From the NCBI GenBank assembly GCA_050250895.1, contig JBFWNU010000006.1, positions 119,513 to 183,512 on the forward strand: a stretch of 64,000 nt of DNA, read 5' to 3'. Below the pieces are notes generated by a model. The model ran no database searches and was not told the origin of the DNA. It was given only the letters and a program-made list of their open reading frames with translations. This DNA is from Vulcanimicrobiota bacterium. GTDB taxonomy: Bacteria > Vulcanimicrobiota > Xenobia > Xenobiales > JADMJV01. Shown piece by piece: positions 49,780 through 60,477 of the stretch (positions are counted from its first letter, which is position 1; every line of letters begins with the position of its first letter). Position numbers and translations under genes: made by a program.

Positions 49780-51006
49780 ATGTCAATTCTACGACCCTTT
49801 CGAGCACTTCGGCCCCAGGCCGCCAAGATCGAGCAGATCGCTGCCGTTCCTTACGATGTCGTCGACCGAGACGAAGCCCAGGCACTGGCCCAGGAACGTC
49901 CGCTGAGCTTTCTCCACATTTCGCGAGCCGAGATCGACCTCGACCCTGAACTCGACCCCTATTCGCCGCAGGTTTACGAACGCGCCCGTATGAATTTTCA
50001 GCAGCTACAGCAAGAGGGGCACCTGGTGGCTGATGAGCAACCTTGCCTCTATATCTATCGCCTCAAGATGGGGGATCACGTCCAGACCGGTATCGCCGCC
50101 ACCTTCTCGGTTGACGAGTACGATGGCTCGCTGATTAAAAAGCACGAAAAGACCCGCAAGGCCAAGGAAGACGACCGCACTCGCCATATCATCGGTTTGC
50201 GCTCTCAGACCGGCCCGGTCTTTCTCACCTATCGTCCTCGCCCCGGTATCGACCAGGAGGTGACCCGACTCACTGCCTCAGCCCCCCTGTACGATTTCAC
50301 GGCCGAAGACGGAGTGGTCCACACGGTCTGGAGAGTGAGCGACTGTGACACGCTGGTCAAAGAATTCGCTCAGCTCAAAGCTCTCTACATCGCCGACGGC
50401 CACCACCGTGCCGCCAGCGCCAGCCGCGCCCGGGCCGCCCTGCGCGAAGAGGCCGGTAATTGGACCGGTGACGAGCCCGCCAACTACTTCCTGGCGGTGG
50501 CCTTTCCGGCGGACCAGGTCCAGATCTTGCCTTACAACCGGATTCTGTATGACCTGGGCGCCCGCACTCCAGCCCAGTTCCTCGAGGCCGTCCAGGCGGC
50601 TTTGCCCACCACCCCCGGGGCGTCCCCCCGTCCCGAGGCACCAGGGCGTTGTTCGCTGTACGTCGAGGGCAAGTGGTACAACGTGGCTCTGGCCCAGTCT
50701 GCCCCGGCCAGCGGCGGCCCCGCCGCCAAGCTCGACGTGGCGGTGCTGCAGGCCAAGGTGCTCGAAGACATCCTCGGCATCGAGGATATCCGCACCGACC
50801 CCCGAGTCGACTTCGTGGGCGGCATCCGGGGCACCGAAGAGCTGGTTCGGCTGGTCGACTCGGGCAAAGCCAAAGCGGCTTTCTCGATGTATGCCACCAG
50901 TCTGGACCAGCTAATGCAGATCTCCGACGCCGACGAGATCATGCCGCCAAAATCGACCTGGTTCGAGCCCAAACTGCGCGACGGCGTGGTCAACCACTCG
51001 ATCTAG
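49780..51006 (+). CDS. DUF1015 family protein
   Basis: PYDVV, IKKHEKT, YIADGHHR, MPPKSTWFEPKL. Confidence 0.92.
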   Translation: MSILRPFRALRPQAAKIEQIAAVPYDVVDRDEAQALAQERPLSFLHISRAEIDLDPELDPYSPQVYERARMNFQQLQQEGHLVADEQPCLYIYRLKMGDHVQTGIAATFSVDEYDGSLIKKHEKTRKAKEDDRTRHIIGLRSQTGPVFLTYRPRPGIDQEVTRLTASAPLYDFTAEDGVVHTVWRVSDCDTLVKEFAQLKALYIADGHHRAASASRARAALREEAGNWTGDEPANYFLAVAFPADQVQILPYNRILYDLGARTPAQFLEAVQAALPTTPGASPRPEAPGRCSLYVEGKWYNVALAQSAPASGGPAAKLDVAVLQAKVLEDILGIEDIRTDPRVDFVGGIRGTEELVRLVDSGKAKAAFSMYATSLDQLMQISDADEIMPPKSTWFEPKLRDGVVNHSI

Positions 51007-51084
51007 CGTCGCTTCGCTTGCGCTCGCCAGCGGGATGGGAGCGACGACTTCGTGTACGAGGTGCGGGGGGGCAAGAGCCCCGCA
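51007..51084. repeat. Two GC-rich hairpins (REP-like or terminator-like)
   Basis: cgtcgct...agcgacg (51007-51047) and tgcgggg...ccccgca (51062-51084). Confidence 0.4.
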
Positions 51085-51338
51085 GTCCCAGTAGCACCAG
51101 TCGGACCGTGCTGAGCGGCCAGGATAAGGTAGTTGTTCGAGAAACTCAGGAATGAGCGAACTCAGCGAGTGCGGCGGCGAGCCGTACCTGGATTGGTAGG
51201 CGTCGAGTGCATCGGTGATCCGGCTGGCCTCCTGTCTGGCTTCGTTCGCATGTTGCGGCAGCTCGGCGAGTTGCGGGACCCCGCAGGAGGAGCATCAGTG
51301 CGATTTCTTCAGGCTCTCGAGGGACGCTCGCTTGCCAC

Positions 51339-51953
51339 TCATACATCGTCTTGGCTAGATTCCAGCAGCCAGACAGGTCCATCGTGAATCCCCGTGAGCT
51401 GTCCCTTCGGGTTCACCGATGAAATGAGACGAAGGCTCGGAAAACCCTCGGGGGAGGAGTGGGCCACCAGGTCCCCCGCCTCCAGTGCTTCCACGTCCAC
51501 TCGGCGGAATTTCCGCTTGGCAACGACCTTTCCGCCTCGCCAGCGACGAAATTCTGCATGGTAGCTGCCGGCTTCTCCGTAGAAAGTCCACAGTTCGTAA
51601 GCCCTCAGTCGGTAGTCGCCGTGCCCCAAGACTCGGGCGAAAATCTCTCGCGGGATGAGCGCAGGTCCACAGCGGATGATAGATAGCGATGGGGAACTTC
51701 CACAGGAAGCGAAGAGGACGACATCTCGCTCCCCGTCGTTGTCGACGTCGACCACTTCGAAATCTCTGATCGTCCCCAGAAGAGACTTATGGAACAAGAT
51801 CCGGTCGCTGGTGGGATCGACTATCCGGACAGCCAGATGTCCAAAATCCAGCTGCTCGAGACGCAACGCCTGGTGCTCGTTGACCATCACCTGTGAAGGA
51901 CCAGCCTGGGCCAAGCTGACAGTAACGAGAAGGAGCAGACCAATGGCTTTCAT
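51339..51953 (-). CDS. Hypothetical secreted protein with an FG-GAP-like Ca-binding motif, possibly truncated
   Basis: Signal peptide MKAIGLLLLVTVSLAQA; DVDNDGERDVV. Confidence 0.55.
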   Translation of the reverse strand: MKAIGLLLLVTVSLAQAGPSQVMVNEHQALRLEQLDFGHLAVRIVDPTSDRILFHKSLLGTIRDFEVVDVDNDGERDVVLFASCGSSPSLSIIRCGPALIPREIFARVLGHGDYRLRAYELWTFYGEAGSYHAEFRRWRGGKVVAKRKFRRVDVEALEAGDLVAHSSPEGFPSLRLISSVNPKGQLTGIHDGPVWLLESSQDDV

Positions 51954-52048
51954 CAACCTGCCTGGATTCACTCGGCCATACTTCACCTACCTGGGTTGGC
52001 CGCCCAAGCCAGGTCGTCCTGTCGTGGTAAGAGACGTGGCAACCCCCA

Positions 52049-53236
52049 TCACCCCGAGCTTGACCTGGGGCGCCGGCCTTGCAGAGCCGAGTCTCGGGCG
52101 GCCTTCCACTGGGGTCGATTCGCAAAGTCTTTATCGTGCTCGTTGGCGTGACAACCCGGACACAACAGCTCTAAGTCTTCCAACCGATGCTGACGGGTCT
52201 CGGACCAGGCCCGAACATGGTGGATCACCAGGTTTCCGGCTGGGCACGAACATCGTTCACAGCGGCCGAAGGCCCTGGCATATACCGCCCGTACCAAACC
52301 CACCGGTAGGCCCGGCCGGCCCTTCGATGGATTCGGCAGTAGCGGCAACTGTTCGGCCTGGGTACTTCCAGCTGGAAGTTCGGGTTGGGGACAAGCCACC
52401 ACGATCCCGGTTTGCTTCATGGCCTCGTCCACGGCCGCCCGCTTGGCTGGCAACAGTCCATGGTCGGTATCATAGAAGCCTTCGCCCGTGACACCGTTCA
52501 CGTGCACGATGACCTGGTGACGCACCTTGCTGCGGTTGTCTGCCGAGGCGAGCAGAGAACGACTCATCTCGGCCACGGCCGTCTCCTTGCTGACGCGTTT
52601 GCCCTGACGTGCCTCGATCATTCTCTTGGCCTGCTCATAGATGGCATACTGCTCGGGGGTCAGCAGTAGAACGACCTGTCTCAACTTCGGAACCTCCGGA
52701 ACGGCGGGCGACGATGGCTTCTGAACTGCCTCCGTGGGCTGCTCGTCAAACGCCAACTCGGGCTGACTCTGGCGAGTGTCGAGCGAGGCTTTCAAGGCCT
52801 GGCCACGCTTATGTTGGGTGGGAGTTAGTGCCACGGCGCGTTCGACCGCCTGGGCTTTGTTCTTGAGGGCAAACTCGAGCATTGCGGCCTCGTTCTCAGG
52901 GGTGGTGATCCGCTTGAGAGCGCGGGCTTTGCTCCAGCAGAGCCTCCCGTCGCGAAAGGCTTCTGAGAGGAGTGGCAGTTGCTCGAATACCCGGGCTAAA
53001 CTGAGGAGTTCACCGGCCTTTTGGGGATGCAGATTGAGGTGACGAATCGCGTAGCCGACTGTGCTGCCACAGCCCGTCCGGCGATAGAGACCGCTTCGCT
53101 CGGTGGCCAGCAGATGAGCGGCCAGTTCCCATTCACAGCCAAAGGAGCGCTGGCTGGCCTGGCGGTTTCGTTGATGGAGTTCTTGGTGAGAGAGTCGTTG
53201 CAGTGAGTGGGAAAGTTCCGAGAGAGTTGAAGACAT
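52049..53236 (-). CDS. HNH endonuclease with DUF222-like N-terminal region
   Basis: C-terminal CERC...IHH...LLCPGCHANEH; N-terminal LPLLSEAFRDGRLCWSKAR; GGAGG RBS before ATG 53236. Confidence 0.88.
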   Translation of the reverse strand: MSSTLSELSHSLQRLSHQELHQRNRQASQRSFGCEWELAAHLLATERSGLYRRTGCGSTVGYAIRHLNLHPQKAGELLSLARVFEQLPLLSEAFRDGRLCWSKARALKRITTPENEAAMLEFALKNKAQAVERAVALTPTQHKRGQALKASLDTRQSQPELAFDEQPTEAVQKPSSPAVPEVPKLRQVVLLLTPEQYAIYEQAKRMIEARQGKRVSKETAVAEMSRSLLASADNRSKVRHQVIVHVNGVTGEGFYDTDHGLLPAKRAAVDEAMKQTGIVVACPQPELPAGSTQAEQLPLLPNPSKGRPGLPVGLVRAVYARAFGRCERCSCPAGNLVIHHVRAWSETRQHRLEDLELLCPGCHANEHDKDFANRPQWKAARDSALQGRRPRSSSG

Positions 53237-53276
53237 AGCCGACCTCCGAGTAGAAGAAGAATCAAGGAATGATCCT

Positions 53277-53305
53277 ATTTTACTCAAGATGACAGCCCGA
53301 GGCAA
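53277..53305 (-). promoter_or_regulatory. Sigma70-like promoter of the HNH gene
   Basis: TTGCCT-N17-TAAAAT about 40 nt upstream of the ATG. Confidence 0.65.
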
Positions 53306-53544
53306 CGCGTTGGAATGGCTTGGTTATGGGTTTGGGTTCGCGTTCAGCTGGTGGCCGCGAGAACGGGTTGCGAGGAAAAAATGACTTCCGTCGAGCATTT
53401 CCGCGCGAGGATGGCTGATGCGCCTCCAAGGACTCTTAGCAGCCACGCTTAGGGGTGAACTCTCGTCAGGACGAACTCTCGGGATGCAAATGTTAGGATA
53501 TCACAATATTTCGCGCTGATTGGTCGGCCGGAGTCTTCGCGCCC

Positions 53545-53968
53545 GCCTCCCGCTCGCCGGCGGCCGACCGCCGGTCCAAGCCACCGGTCTCGGCGAGCGG
53601 CGACTTCCAGCTGGAAGTTCTTGGAATGCGAGAGCGCCCAGGTCGGGACGAGGGCCCGCCGCGCGAACCCGAGATAGGCGGGTTGGATCTTCACGCCCGC
53701 TAGATAACCCCTCCCCCCCGAGAGCGCGGCCGTCCGCGGTCCAAGCCACCGGTCTCGGCGAGCGGCGACTTCCAGTTGGAAGTTCTTGGGATGCGAGAGC
53801 GCCCAGGTCGGGACGGAGGCCCGCCGCGCGAACCCGAGATAGGCGGGTTGGATCTTCACGCCCGCTAGATAACCCCTCCCGCCCGGCGGCGCGGCCGACG
53901 GCCGGTCCAAGCCACCGGTCTCGGCGAGCGGCGACTTCCAGCTGGAAGTTCTTGGAATGCGAGAGCGC
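53545..53968. repeat. Tandem array of ~2.5 copies of a 165-166 bp unit with a central 16-bp palindrome
   Basis: cggtccaagccacc at 53572, 53737 and 53903; ACTTCCAG(C/T)TGGAAGT at 53603, 53768 and 53934. Confidence 0.95.
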
Positions 53969-54024
53969 GGACCCGGCGAGTAAGAGAGGGGTTTGACCCT
54001 CGGCCCGGAGAAGCCGTACTTGCT

Positions 54025-54693
54025 TTGAGTTATCGGCTTTACCTGGCGCTTGGCGACAGTATGAGCATCGACGACTTCGCCGGCCCGGGACTGGGGGCGG
54101 CCTCGTTGCTCTACGCGAACGATGACCGCTATCCCGAGTTTGCCGGTCGCGACCTGCGTTCGACTTGTCCGGACTGCCGATTTGTCTCGTTAGCTCGTAA
54201 CGGCTTTCGCACCCGCCAGATTCTCAAGTCGCTGGACCACGCTCCAGCCGAGTCCGGCCCTACCCTCGTGACCCTCACGGCTGGGGGCAACGATCTGCTG
54301 GCGGCGGCCGGTTCACGTCAATTTCCCGACCCGTGGCTAGAGCACTTTGTAGCCGACTACGATGAACTACTTCTGGCCATCAAAGCCAGATATTCCGACC
54401 TGACCTTGCTGGGCGGGAATATCTACGACCCTACTGATGGGACAGGATTTGTCCAGAGCGGTCATGATGACTGGGCTCACCTGTTTGCCTTCCTGGCCGA
54501 TGTCAATGCTCGCATCTTCGAGCGCCTGAAACTGGCCGGGGCCGTCCCGGTGGATATCCACTCGACCTTTTTCGGTAGAGCCACCGCGGAGGTCGAGCCC
54601 CTGATCTTCTACAACATCGAACCGACGAAACTCGGCTCCTCAGAGATCCGGCGCCTTTTCTGGCAGGCCACCGGGCTGGGCGAGACCGGCTAG
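54025..54693 (+). CDS. SGNH/GDSL hydrolase
   Basis: LALGDSM, TAGGNDL; block V appears as IEPT without the usual His. Confidence 0.8.
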   Translation: MSYRLYLALGDSMSIDDFAGPGLGAASLLYANDDRYPEFAGRDLRSTCPDCRFVSLARNGFRTRQILKSLDHAPAESGPTLVTLTAGGNDLLAAAGSRQFPDPWLEHFVADYDELLLAIKARYSDLTLLGGNIYDPTDGTGFVQSGHDDWAHLFAFLADVNARIFERLKLAGAVPVDIHSTFFGRATAEVEPLIFYNIEPTKLGSSEIRRLFWQATGLGETG

Positions 54694-55508
54694 AGGCCGA
54701 GCCAGCGGCGGACTTCGGCGGCGCTGGACGGGCGGCCGTCGGGGTGCAGGCTAAGCAGACGCTGGATCACCGCCCAGGTGGTGTCGGTGACGGTGGGGTT
54801 CACGGCTCGAGGGTCGTGCAGGCCCGAGTTGTTCTGCCGCTTGAAGGCCGGTGGGGGAGGGACCTTGGTGAGCAAGAACAGCATGGTGGCGCCCAGGGCG
54901 TAGAGGTCCGAGCGTTGGTCGGTGCGCGAGTTGCCATACTGCTCGAGGGGGGCGTATTCGGGGGTGCCAACTCCTTTCACGATCGGCTGGGTGCCGATGC
55001 GAGGGTCAGACTGCTTGGCGATGCCGAAGTCGATGAGGCGCAGCTTGCGATCCTGCGCGCTCAACATGATGTTGTCGGGCTTGAGGTCGCGCACGATCAC
55101 CGGAGGCGTTTGGCCGTGGAGGTATTCGAGCACGTCGCAGAGTTCGCCGACCCAGGTCAGCACGCGCCGCTCGGCGATGTTCTTGGGCGCTAGCTCGACG
55201 ATCTTCGAGAGAGTGCGGCCCTCGATGTACTCCATCACCAGGTAGTGGTTGCCGCGTTCGATGAAGTAGTCGCTGACGGTGGCCAGGTTGGGGTGGTCGA
55301 GCGAGGCCAGGATCTGGGCCTCGGCTTCGAACTGCTCTTCAAACTGGCGCTGCTTGTAGAGATTTTCGGTGATGCGGATCAGTTCTTTGAGGGCCAGATA
55401 GCGGCGCAGGCGAACGTGGGTTACTTGATAGACGTTGCCCATGCCGCCCTGACCGAGCACACGTTCGATGCGGTAGCGTTTTTGCAGGATGGTCCCGGTG
55501 GCCAGCAC
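54690..55508 (-). CDS. Hanks-type Ser/Thr protein kinase (catalytic domain only)
   Basis: LGQGGMG, ALKE, RDLKPDN, DFG, GTPEYAPLEQ, SDLYALG; start uncertain. Confidence 0.9.
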   Translation of the reverse strand: MLATGTILQKRYRIERVLGQGGMGNVYQVTHVRLRRYLALKELIRITENLYKQRQFEEQFEAEAQILASLDHPNLATVSDYFIERGNHYLVMEYIEGRTLSKIVELAPKNIAERRVLTWVGELCDVLEYLHGQTPPVIVRDLKPDNIMLSAQDRKLRLIDFGIAKQSDPRIGTQPIVKGVGTPEYAPLEQYGNSRTDQRSDLYALGATMLFLLTKVPPPPAFKRQNNSGLHDPRAVNPTVTDTTWAVIQRLLSLHPDGRPSSAAEVRRWLGL

Positions 55509-55623
55509 CCGGGACTGTTCGGCGGCCCTGCCAAGCTGCCTGCGACCTGTTAACAGTTTCGTTAAAACCTGAGCGAGCCGTTGAGAATAGAGTAAGGCGA
55601 ATCTTTGGAAAGGCCCTAGCCCC

Positions 55624-57357
55624 GTGACCATCACCCCCCAAACGGTCTCGCATCTAGCCTGCGGCGGACATACCCATGCCAAGCCGAAGGCCGAACAGCC
55701 CGAACAGCTCTCGGCTCCCGAGAAGGCCTGGCGGGTTCAGCAAATTCGCCATGAAGACAAGGTCGAGTTGCTTTCGGTAGAGCCCACCACGGTAGAAATC
55801 AAGAAGTCGGAAGTCATGCTGCGCTCGGTCCCGACGCTTTTAGGGGAAGACTCGGGCACCAGTCAGGACACCTTCGAGGAACTCTATGTGGCCGACTCGA
55901 TGCTGACCGCCGAGCAGCGCGAGGCCTACGCCCAGACCAGGATGTTCAAGGCGGCCAACAGCTGGCCCGGGTCTGAGGTTCGCACTCTGGTCAGCCAGGG
56001 CCCGTCCGCGAATCGCATCGACCTGACCATCGTGGGCGATGGCTACACCGAGGCCGAAAAGTGCAGGTTCTTCGAAGACGCCAAGCGCCTTACCGACGAC
56101 ATGTTCGTGGGTCAGACCTTCGCCAGCTATCTGCCGCTGTTCAATGTGCATGCGGTGTTCGTCCCCTCCAATCAGTCGGGGCTCACTGACGTAGAGGAAA
56201 AGGACACCGCCCTGGGCCTGTATCGATCGCCTGAGGGCTCCAAGCGCGGCATCATGCCGGGCAACTACCGGGCCACCGAGCGGGCCGTCAACCTGGCCCC
56301 TGACACCGACTATCCGATCCTGGTGGCCAATGACGATTTCTATGGTGGTCTGGGCGGACGCTACGCGATCACTACCCGCTCTCACAACAGCGGTACCATG
56401 GTGTTGCGCCACGAGCTGGGACATAACTTCGGCAATGTCGGGGAAGAGTACGACGGTGGCCAGGTCTATTCGGGAGCCAACCACTCCTACGATTCCGACG
56501 TTCCGTGGGATCATTGGCTCAACTCTGAACTCAAGGTCGAGAGCGCCCAGTGTCTGGCTACCAGTTATCCCTGGAAGAATCTGGCTGAGGGACCGGTGCA
56601 GGTCAATCTCAATGTGCCCGAAGGTGACCAGAAGGGTCCCAAGCAGATCGGCATCGACATCAGCTCGGTCGGATGGGAAACCAAAGACGACGTCAAGATT
56701 CTCATCGACGGCGAAGAGCAGACTTACGAAGGTGTCTACACCAACGACCGCAGTTTCTTCCGGCTCACCGAAGCCAAGGACCTCTCGCCCGGTCGCCATG
56801 TGCTCGAGATTCGTCAGAACATCGAAGATGGCGACAACGTGCTGGCTGCCGTTCGCGTCAACGCCTATCCCGCCGACTATGACTTCTCTCCCGACAAAGT
56901 GGGAGCTTTTCCTAGCTTCAACTACGCCGGCCGCCACGTAGGCTATCGACCCACCCACGAGTCGTGCCTGATGCGCAACATGCGCTCGACCAAGTTCTGC
57001 GAGATCGACCAGGAGAATATGTGGCACCAGTTCCTCAAGCGCGTCGATCTGATCGACGACATCAAGATTACCACCCTCAAAGGCAAAGACGGCGAGGAAA
57101 TGCGCCAGGTGAAGCTGGAAACGCCCAACCTCGAGGGACTGACCGTCAAGTGGTACGGCTGGATGGTGCCAGAGCATGACCCCGACCAGCCGCCGCCGCC
57201 TCCGGTCGAGGTCGAACTCGAACAGTTGCGTGGTCAGACCACCTGGATCGCAGACCCGGCTGACCGGGGCGAATATCGGGTCGAAGTCAGCTTCGCCAGC
57301 GACGAGGTTCGCAGCTACAGCGACCGCTTCCATACCACCCGCACGGTGACTGTCTAG
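55624..57357 (+). CDS. M64 family metallopeptidase
   Basis: NRIDLTIVGDGYT, HELGHNFGNVGEEY, YRPTHESCLMR...FC. Confidence 0.85.
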   Translation: MTITPQTVSHLACGGHTHAKPKAEQPEQLSAPEKAWRVQQIRHEDKVELLSVEPTTVEIKKSEVMLRSVPTLLGEDSGTSQDTFEELYVADSMLTAEQREAYAQTRMFKAANSWPGSEVRTLVSQGPSANRIDLTIVGDGYTEAEKCRFFEDAKRLTDDMFVGQTFASYLPLFNVHAVFVPSNQSGLTDVEEKDTALGLYRSPEGSKRGIMPGNYRATERAVNLAPDTDYPILVANDDFYGGLGGRYAITTRSHNSGTMVLRHELGHNFGNVGEEYDGGQVYSGANHSYDSDVPWDHWLNSELKVESAQCLATSYPWKNLAEGPVQVNLNVPEGDQKGPKQIGIDISSVGWETKDDVKILIDGEEQTYEGVYTNDRSFFRLTEAKDLSPGRHVLEIRQNIEDGDNVLAAVRVNAYPADYDFSPDKVGAFPSFNYAGRHVGYRPTHESCLMRNMRSTKFCEIDQENMWHQFLKRVDLIDDIKITTLKGKDGEEMRQVKLETPNLEGLTVKWYGWMVPEHDPDQPPPPPVEVELEQLRGQTTWIADPADRGEYRVEVSFASDEVRSYSDRFHTTRTVTV

Positions 57358-57409
57358 GAAAGTGTCGTCCATCACTGACCATAGCGACCAGGCTGACTAC
57401 AATGGACCC

Positions 57410-57826
57410 ATGGTTCGCTGGTTAGAGAATAGCCTCTGGGGGGTCGGTCGACTGCGCGAGGCGGTCGAACAGGGGCGGGCTCCCGAGGCTTTGCGACTGC
57501 TGCGCTCAGGGGTGCCGGTTCGAGATACCTGGGGCTCGCTCTTTCACGCCGTCGAGCAGGGCAACGTCGAGTTGTGTCACTGTCTGCTCAATAACGGCGC
57601 CGATCCCGATGCTCTCGACGGTCAGGGTAATCTGCCCCTGCACCATGCCATTCGCAACGGCAACGAGAACCTGGCCGAGTTGCTGCTCTGCTACACCACC
57701 GAGGTGTCGCGGGCCAACCTCCACAGCGAGACTCCGCTGTCGCTGGCCGTGCGTTATGACCGGCATCAAGTGGTGGATCATCTCGACCAGATGCTGGGCG
57801 AAAGGGTAGAACGGGAAGCCGTCTAA
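57410..57826 (+). CDS. Ankyrin repeat protein
   Basis: LLNNGADPD, GNLPLHHAIRNGN, ETPLSLAV. Confidence 0.85.
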   Translation: MVRWLENSLWGVGRLREAVEQGRAPEALRLLRSGVPVRDTWGSLFHAVEQGNVELCHCLLNNGADPDALDGQGNLPLHHAIRNGNENLAELLLCYTTEVSRANLHSETPLSLAVRYDRHQVVDHLDQMLGERVEREAV

Positions 57827-57836
57827 CTTCCTGGGC

Positions 57837-59669
<1,833 letters not shown>

Positions 59670-59689
59670 CCGCGCACGAAGTAGTCGCG

Positions 59690-60463
59690 ATGGATGATCC
59701 TCTGATGGCCCTGGCGGTCGCGCCAGGATTTCTCTTGATGCTCTACTTCTATAAACGGGACACCCACGAGCCCGAGCCTCAAGAGAAAGTGGCTCAAATG
59801 ATGGGCTGGGGAGCTCTGTGCGTCATTCCGGCCCTGATTCTGGAACTGACTGCTCCGGCCATCTTTCCCCTGGTCACCGGTGACAATCTCTTCTCGATCG
59901 CCCTCAACGCCTATCTGGTGGTGGCGCTGGCCGAGGAGTTCTGCAAGTTCATGGCCGTGAAGAAGAAGATCTACGACGACCCCGAACTCGATGAGCCCTA
60001 TGACGGAGTGGTCTATTGCGTGGCCACCTCGCTGGGCTTTGCTATCGTCGAGAACGTGCTTTACGTGTTCTCGGGTGGCTTCGGCGTGGGGATCTTGCGG
60101 GCTTTGATGGCCGTGCCCGCCCACGCCTTGTTCGCGGTGTTCATGGGCTATTATGTCGGCAAATCCAAGTTCGTTGAAGACCCGGGCTTGCGCACCCGCT
60201 ATCTGGCCACCGGGTTGCTGGTGGCGGTGGCCAGTCACGGCACCTACGACTTCGTCCTTTTTACCAACATCCCGGCGCTGCAATTGACCGTTTTTCCGCT
60301 GCTGGGTCTGTTTTGGGCGGTGGCTCTGTGGAAGGTGCGCAAAGCGGTGGCGGTGTCGCCCTTTGCGCCTGAGAATCAGGCCAGTGTGGTGGTGGCGCCG
60401 GTGCTTGCGGCACCACCCGCCGAATGGAGCGACCTGGCCGTTCCCGAGACCGAGGAAAGCTAG
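59690..60463 (+). CDS. PrsW family intramembrane protease
   Basis: AEEFCK, GFAIVEN, VPAHA, HGTYDF. Confidence 0.9.
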   Translation: MDDPLMALAVAPGFLLMLYFYKRDTHEPEPQEKVAQMMGWGALCVIPALILELTAPAIFPLVTGDNLFSIALNAYLVVALAEEFCKFMAVKKKIYDDPELDEPYDGVVYCVATSLGFAIVENVLYVFSGGFGVGILRALMAVPAHALFAVFMGYYVGKSKFVEDPGLRTRYLATGLLVAVASHGTYDFVLFTNIPALQLTVFPLLGLFWAVALWKVRKAVAVSPFAPENQASVVVAPVLAAPPAEWSDLAVPETEES

Positions 60464-60477
60464 TATTTCTATATTGA

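Noticed and set aside
52049-53236. IscB/Cas9-like RNA-guided nuclease
   Set aside because: No RuvC motifs or PLMP N-terminus; only a C-terminal HNH domain.
53545-53968. CRISPR array
   Set aside because: Units are ~165 bp and nearly identical along their length, the junctions are homologous rather than unique spacers, and no cas genes are present.
53449-53996. ORFs over the tandem repeat (53449-53910, 53501-53749, 53520-53996)
   Set aside because: They are translations of the DNA repeat with no recognisable domain; the 166-bp period breaks frame.
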